Assembly (NCBI GenBank): GCA_963805855.1
Contig: CAWDVW010000005.1
Location: forward strand, 672,001 to 736,000
From: Candidatus Dadabacteria bacterium
GTDB taxonomy: Bacteria > Desulfobacterota_D > UBA1144 > Nemesobacterales > CSP1-2
Reading direction: 5' to 3'
Length of the DNA stretch: 64,000 nt
Positions 59,311 through 64,000 of the stretch are shown here, piece by piece (position 1 is the first letter of the stretch; the number at the start of each line of letters is the position of its first letter). Under the pieces are notes generated by a model. It saw only the letters and a program-made list of their open reading frames with translations. It did not search any database and was not told the DNA's origin. The position numbers and the translations under genes were made by a program.

Positions 59311-60375
59311 TTACTTAGCCCTTACGATGCCGGTTTCAGGGTTGTAAGTATATTCGTCACCCAACGGATGAGGCGGAAATTCTCCAGTTGTTTGTTCTTC
59401 TATAAATGTCCTTAGTTCGCCCAGATCTTCAGGAAATCTTCCAAAAAATTTCTTAAATTTATAAGCCTTAGAAGATAGGTAAGCAGGATTCGTCCGGAGT
59501 TTCTGATTTATGAAGGTAGTGCTTTTGACCTCTTTGAGTTTTTTAACTATTACAAAGTCCCCACCAAGAGGTTCCTTAGGTATCTCTTCCATTATTCCCG
59601 TATTCTTAAGTTCCTCAAGACTGGACGGAAATTTTTTGTACTGATTTAGATACTCTCCTAATGCCCCGGTCAGAGCGTCTTCCATATCCATTGTGTCCAG
59701 CTCCTTTATATTCAATAAGGCAAAGTTTTTTCGACCTTCGTCGGGGGTATCTTCATAGATGTATTCCCAGATCTGCCTTGAAAGGTCTCTATTTCCCCCC
59801 TTCTTGATGGCAGAAGCGGCCATCCCCTTGAGGTATGCGCGTCTAAGGTCTGAAAGCCCCGGTTTATCCGATGCCTCCTTAAAGAGCTCATAAGCCTTTT
59901 TATAGTCTTTGAGATTTAGATAATAAAAAAAACCCTGCTCAAGGGGTATTCGAAAATTGTCGGGATTGTTTATTCTCCCTTTGTTAAAGAGCTTCATACC
60001 ATTTGTCACATCTCCCAGTCCAAATGGCGGAGGCTCTGCAAGGAATGTTCCTCCATATCTGTATGCGTTCACAAATTTCGGATCCAGATCTGTCAGAATG
60101 TCAAAGTATTTATAAAGCAGAGCCGGATCTGTTTCGTCAAATCTCGATCCACCAAAATATTGAAGCGCCCTCAACCAATAAATGTCCGCCAATAAATCAT
60201 CATAACCCATTGAGATTCTTCTGAGGGCCGAAGAAGAAAAATACAGGGTCTCCTTAATAGACCTGAACTTTCCCCTTATGTTATCAATTCTTCGCTGAAA
60301 AGGGACAGAGGCGACTATCAATAAAATTACGAGGATTATCCCTGCAATTGAACCCTTGCCGAAAGAGCCTGTCAT
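59311..60375 (-). CDS. Pilin-locus membrane-anchored helical (TPR-like) protein, PilG/XapA-like
   Basis: N-terminal TM; LADIYWLRALQYFG, TDLDPKF..AY; pseudopilin-like FPSSLEEL..IPKEPLG repeats; follows the ABC permease in the pilA locus. Confidence 0.65.
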   Translation of the reverse strand: MTGSFGKGSIAGIILVILLIVASVPFQRRIDNIRGKFRSIKETLYFSSSALRRISMGYDDLLADIYWLRALQYFGGSRFDETDPALLYKYFDILTDLDPKFVNAYRYGGTFLAEPPPFGLGDVTNGMKLFNKGRINNPDNFRIPLEQGFFYYLNLKDYKKAYELFKEASDKPGLSDLRRAYLKGMAASAIKKGGNRDLSRQIWEYIYEDTPDEGRKNFALLNIKELDTMDMEDALTGALGEYLNQYKKFPSSLEELKNTGIMEEIPKEPLGGDFVIVKKLKEVKSTTFINQKLRTNPAYLSSKAYKFKKFFGRFPEDLGELRTFIEEQTTGEFPPHPLGDEYTYNPETGIVRAK

Positions 60376-60379
60376 TATC

Positions 60380-61183
60380 TTACTTGAATTCTCTTTTTTG
60401 AAATATTACTATCGAAAGAATGAGAAGAACAATAGTATAGATTAATGCGTAGGCCGTGGTATACGATATAAGTGTCCAGCCTATATCACCTCCGTAAACC
60501 GCCTCGCTTCTCACATCAAATTTTTCAAGATTAGGTATTACCCTGTAAATGAACTGTGTAAGGTGGCCTATGATTGGGTTATTGACCTGCTCGGCAAATA
60601 GCCGTATATCGCTCGAAAAGCGGCCAATGGCAAAAAGGAAAAATGTAAAAAGCAGAGTCATTACAGGTGTGGTAAAGCTCGAAAAAACCAAAGCGATACC
60701 AATCACAACAAGAAATTCAAGATACTCAAAATATACAGCCTTAAAAAACTGTGAATAATAGAGTCCGCCGTAATAATAAGTGATAAACCCACCGTGTTTA
60801 AATCCTATATAGAGTACAATGAGCGTGAGAATGAGAGCCATTGCTAAGGTATTCACGAGTATCGTAAAGGAGAGTCCAAGATATTTCCCGAGGATAAACT
60901 CATATCTTCGAACGGGTTTGGAAAATATGTTATATACCGTCTTCTTTTCAATCTCCTTATAGACAAGCCCCATCCCGAGAAACACAGAAATGATAATTCC
61001 CATGAGGGAGATTACTGTAAGCCCCAGGTCTTTGACTATCTTGTTATATTGCTCCGCAGATATGCTCGCAAAGATAAGAGAGCTTAAAATCATCACGATG
61101 GCAAACAGGATTAAGCTGTAAAGTATCCTATCCCTTATTGCCTCGGTAAATGTAATACGAGCTACGCTCCAGATCGATTTCAT
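60380..61183 (-). CDS. ABC-2 type transporter permease, PilI-like
   Basis: ARITFTEAIRDRILY, KEIEKKTVYNIFSKPVRRYEFILGKYLG, C-terminal FQKREFK. Confidence 0.85.
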   Translation of the reverse strand: MKSIWSVARITFTEAIRDRILYSLILFAIVMILSSLIFASISAEQYNKIVKDLGLTVISLMGIIISVFLGMGLVYKEIEKKTVYNIFSKPVRRYEFILGKYLGLSFTILVNTLAMALILTLIVLYIGFKHGGFITYYYGGLYYSQFFKAVYFEYLEFLVVIGIALVFSSFTTPVMTLLFTFFLFAIGRFSSDIRLFAEQVNNPIIGHLTQFIYRVIPNLEKFDVRSEAVYGGDIGWTLISYTTAYALIYTIVLLILSIVIFQKREFK

Positions 61184-61250
61184 CGTATATTACAGCCGTT
61201 TATTTTTTTGTAACTCATTTCTTAATCAATTTCGCCATCTTGATAAACCA

Positions 61251-61380
61251 GTAGGAGCGCCATCCCTGGCGCGAAAAAGGCATCTACAAAGTCGGTGAAT
61301 GTTCCCTGACCTTTATTTGATTATCTCGCATTTTAATACTAATTCTGAATTCTTCTAATCGACTAGAAGGTGCTCCTGCA
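61251..61380. repeat. GTAGGAGC-type REP with degenerate inverted partner
   Basis: GTAGGAGCGCCATCCCTGGCGCGA 61251-61274 and ..GGTGCTCCTGCA ending 61380; related to 48843-48865. Confidence 0.65.
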
Positions 61381-61426
61381 TAGGCTTTTGAGTCCAAGAT
61401 TAATTCTCGAGTAAACCATGTCTAAT

Positions 61427-62356
61427 TCAAACCTCAACATGACCATCCTTTTTAGCCTCTTCGACAAAAAGTCCCTCTAGTGATTTTCTAAACGGATGTA
61501 GCGCTATAATGTCTCCACCAGACCCAGAAATAGCCTCTAACACCCTTGCTTTAATTTCCTCGTTAAATTTCAGGACTATAAGACCAGCCCTTTTTTCGAC
61601 GATTACGTTGAGATCACTCAGGTAATTGAGAACCTTTTCGTCATCTAACCTTAAAAGCATCTCATACATTGCATGTATATCTTCAAACAGCTTTCCGAGG
61701 TCGCCGCTTTTCACCACCTTCCCGTTAATAATAATCGCCACCCTTTCGCAAAGCGCCTCTACATCGGAAAGAATATGAGAACTCATAAGAATGGTCTTAC
61801 CCAGTTCTTTTTGCTCCAGAATCAATTCCCTTATTTCTCGCTGTCCGATCGGATCAAGTCCACTCATTGGCTCATCCAGTATCAGGAATTCGGGATCATT
61901 TATCAGAGCTTGGGCAATTCCAACCCTTTGCAACATCCCTTTGGAATACTTGCGAAGCTGGATCTTTCTCGCATGAGTCATTTTTACCTTTTCAAGCAGA
62001 TCATCGACCCTTCTGGAAAGCCTGTCTCCGTTTACACCATGTAATTCTCCCATATAATGCAATAGCTCTTCACCGGTCAGGTAATCGTAGAAATACGGAT
62101 TTTCGGGCAGATAACCTATCCGCCTCTTCACTTTGACATCTCCCAGGGGCTCACCCATTAACTCAACCCTACCGCCTGTAAGAGAGACGAAACCGAGTAT
62201 AACCTTAAATGTGGTGGTCTTCCCCGCGCCATTCGGTCCCACGAAGCCGAAGATTTCTCCTTTATTAACCGAGAAGGACACATCTTGCAGGACTCGAACC
62301 TTCTTCCGCAAGAACCCTGAAGTATAGTCCTTTACTAGATTATCTATCTTTAACAT
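61427..62356 (-). CDS. ABC transporter ATP-binding protein, PilH-like
   Basis: GPNGAGKTT, GYLPENPYFYDYLT, YSKGMLQR, ILDEPMSGLDP, SSHILSDVE; directly downstream of the pilin gene. Confidence 0.92.
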   Translation of the reverse strand: MLKIDNLVKDYTSGFLRKKVRVLQDVSFSVNKGEIFGFVGPNGAGKTTTFKVILGFVSLTGGRVELMGEPLGDVKVKRRIGYLPENPYFYDYLTGEELLHYMGELHGVNGDRLSRRVDDLLEKVKMTHARKIQLRKYSKGMLQRVGIAQALINDPEFLILDEPMSGLDPIGQREIRELILEQKELGKTILMSSHILSDVEALCERVAIIINGKVVKSGDLGKLFEDIHAMYEMLLRLDDEKVLNYLSDLNVIVEKRAGLIVLKFNEEIKARVLEAISGSGGDIIALHPFRKSLEGLFVEEAKKDGHVEV

Positions 62357-62600
62357 TGTTCAAAGATTAAATACTGCCTCAGATTATAAACAGCTATTAG
62401 AAATATTCAAAACTATCCGGAAGTATCATGATCTTAGTGAATCGTCGGAACCTTATTGCAATTTCGGTGTAGCAACTTTGCTAATTACTTTCATATCTTA
62501 TTATTGATTTAACCTGAGGAGGTTCCCATGGAACGGAAACCCTAGCCATCCCCCCCTGGCTGGGTACGGTCCCACAAATAAAGGAAGGAAAAAAAATAAT

Positions 62601-62632
62601 TGAAGGGTGGAGCTGAACAGGTCCACCCTTCA
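62601..62632 (-). terminator. Intrinsic terminator after pilA
   Basis: 11-bp stem TGAAGGGTGGA/TCCACCCTTCA, 11 nt past the stop codon, followed by ATTATTTTTTTT on the minus strand. Confidence 0.85.
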
Positions 62633-62643
62633 TCTAATTAGCT

Positions 62644-63339
62644 TTAATCACATGCCCCCGAAGAAACGCCCCCCTGACTGCCATCGCGTGAAGTTTCAAA
62701 ATCTCCTGGAGCTGCCGAGGCTTGGGTAGACGTTGTACACCTTATCACGCCATCTCCAAAAACCCCGAAATCCCTTCTCCCGTTCTTCTGTACTGAAGTA
62801 GGTGAGGCTTCCCAGCCAAAATCCGCCTCCAGAATTGCGTCACTACCTGTCCTTACCCAGTTCGCCGTATCAAGATTATCGTCAGTATCTTCAGTCCAAC
62901 CTACGCAATAACCTGCTTTCGAATCAGCGCAGACAGCGGTAGCAGCCGCCGTTCCATCCGCCGCTGCTCGTGCTCCCACAAAACTATTGTCAACGAGGGC
63001 ATCCTGTTCATTACCAGCGCACGCAGCAGCAGCCAAGCCTGTCCCGTCGTCAGGGCACCGTAGAGAACCATCACCACCCACAGGGTCTTGACCGATTAAA
63101 TCTGTGTAATCCCTCTGGCCATTATTGTCGGCGTCCTGCTCGAAAAACTCGCCCTCGGCATCCCTGAGGGTCTGCATAGCCTTTCTGGCATTCGCCTCGT
63201 TTGCCGAAATCCTCGCCTTAATAAGGTTCGGTATGGCTATGGCAAGGAGAATACCGATTATCGCCGCTACGATCAACAGCTCGATAATGGTATATCCCTT
63301 TTCACCTCGCCCTCTTCCCATAAACTTAAATCCCATCAT
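62644..63339 (-). CDS. pilA: Type IV pilin, probable major pilin (large, ~216 aa mature)
   Basis: GEKG|YTIIELLIVAAIIGILLAIAIPNL; AGGAGG RBS; own promoter and terminator; followed by PilH/PilI-like ABC genes. Confidence 0.85.
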   Translation of the reverse strand: MMGFKFMGRGRGEKGYTIIELLIVAAIIGILLAIAIPNLIKARISANEANARKAMQTLRDAEGEFFEQDADNNGQRDYTDLIGQDPVGGDGSLRCPDDGTGLAAAACAGNEQDALVDNSFVGARAAADGTAAATAVCADSKAGYCVGWTEDTDDNLDTANWVRTGSDAILEADFGWEASPTSVQKNGRRDFGVFGDGVIRCTTSTQASAAPGDFETSRDGSQGGVSSGACD

Positions 63340-63499
63340 CTCTACCTCCTAAAAAATTTAATTTAAAATCTAAGGCTTACCGCTCAATACATCCAAATTG
63401 GCAAAAGAATTCCTTATATATTATGCCCACTCCCAGTTCTTTACTATGAGTTTATGAATTCATGGATTCATTTACTCTTTGTGTTTTTAACCAGATTTG

Positions 63500-63529
63500 A
63501 TTATATATCAGTCGAGAAATATAAGTCAA
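63500..63529 (-). promoter_or_regulatory. Sigma70-type promoter upstream of pilA
   Basis: Minus strand TTGACT-N18-TATAAT, preceded by an A-tract. Confidence 0.6.
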
Positions 63530-63650
63530 GCCTTTTTTTTTCAACGTATTCAAGAACCTACAATAAAATTCGACCTCGATCGCTATCCGTTACTATTGAG
63601 AATAACTATCACTCCCGATTAGAAAGGTATTTTCTTTAATATCTTGTTCC

Positions 63651-63691
63651 AAAAAAAATGCCCAGAGAATCGGTGGCGAGATCCTCTGGGC
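63651..63691 (-). terminator. Intrinsic terminator with no ORF immediately upstream (possible sRNA 3' end)
   Basis: Minus strand GCCCAGAGGATC-loop-GATTCTCTGGGC followed by A and T8. Confidence 0.7.
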
Positions 63692-64000
63692 CAATGGCAA
63701 AAGCGGAGGATGGCAACTGAATCTTCACTATTAGAAACTATAGTATCACCCCAAAATTAAATGAAAATTAATTTAATGTTAGGTAATTGTTAAGTTTGCT
63801 TAACCTGAGTAATCCATCCTCGTATTTCAAGACGAGTAACGTCGGAAGGAATTCGGTCAATTAAATCCCGATAATTCCATCGATTAATGACCGGCTGTGG
63901 TACGCATACGCTATTAAACTATCTCATTAACTTCTGAAAACTTAATAAGTAAGGCTAAATACGATATCTATATTGTGTGCATATGCGAAGTAATTTGTTG

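Noticed and set aside
62644-63339. Geobacter-type short 'electrically conductive' pilin
   Set aside because: The pilin is long with a full globular head, and no cytochrome genes are in the window.
1-64000. tRNA, rRNA, prophage or defence-system genes
   Set aside because: No cloverleaf/T-loop signatures, rRNA-like stretches, integrase or phage structural genes were recognised by eye; tRNAscan or Infernal could still find something missed.

Overview
A 64-kb bacterial chromosomal window. Gene content suggests a Deltaproteobacteria/Desulfobacterota-like lineage, possibly Dadabacteria, but this is inference only. Core genes are ilvD (5' part), metG, holB, tmk, trpFBA, fmt, nadK, prfB, aroC, rlmD, queA, argG, rluD and pgeF. 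There are two type IVa pilus loci. One is a minor-pilin operon with a sigma54-type promoter (pilV-pilW-pilX-pilY1 plus two fimT/fimU paralogs; PilY1 is 1628 aa and very Cys-rich). The other is the major pilin followed by an ABC exporter, a helical partner protein and a GT9. A candidate sulfated-glycan gene set comprises two sulfotransferases, a flippase, an SGNH hydrolase and a HAL2-type PAP phosphatase. Most notable is a Y1/HUH (RAYT-like) transposase gene bracketed by perfect 28-bp terminal inverted repeats (18328-19353). It has a 264-bp internally deleted derivative (25421-25684) and a solo end (48669). Both two-ended copies supply the stop codon of the upstream host gene and show no target duplication. 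Other points: a non-canonical GTT-TGA-C prfB frameshift site, a 4-Cys repeat inside the PilY1 vWA domain, a ClpX paralog lacking the zinc domain and RKH loop, an unrelated ~121-bp MITE, several palindromic repeat families piled into intergenic hotspots, a candidate sRNA upstream of pilA, and two frameshifted genes that may be assembly errors. I saw no rRNA, tRNA or CRISPR array. All calls come from motif reading by eye; no searches were run.
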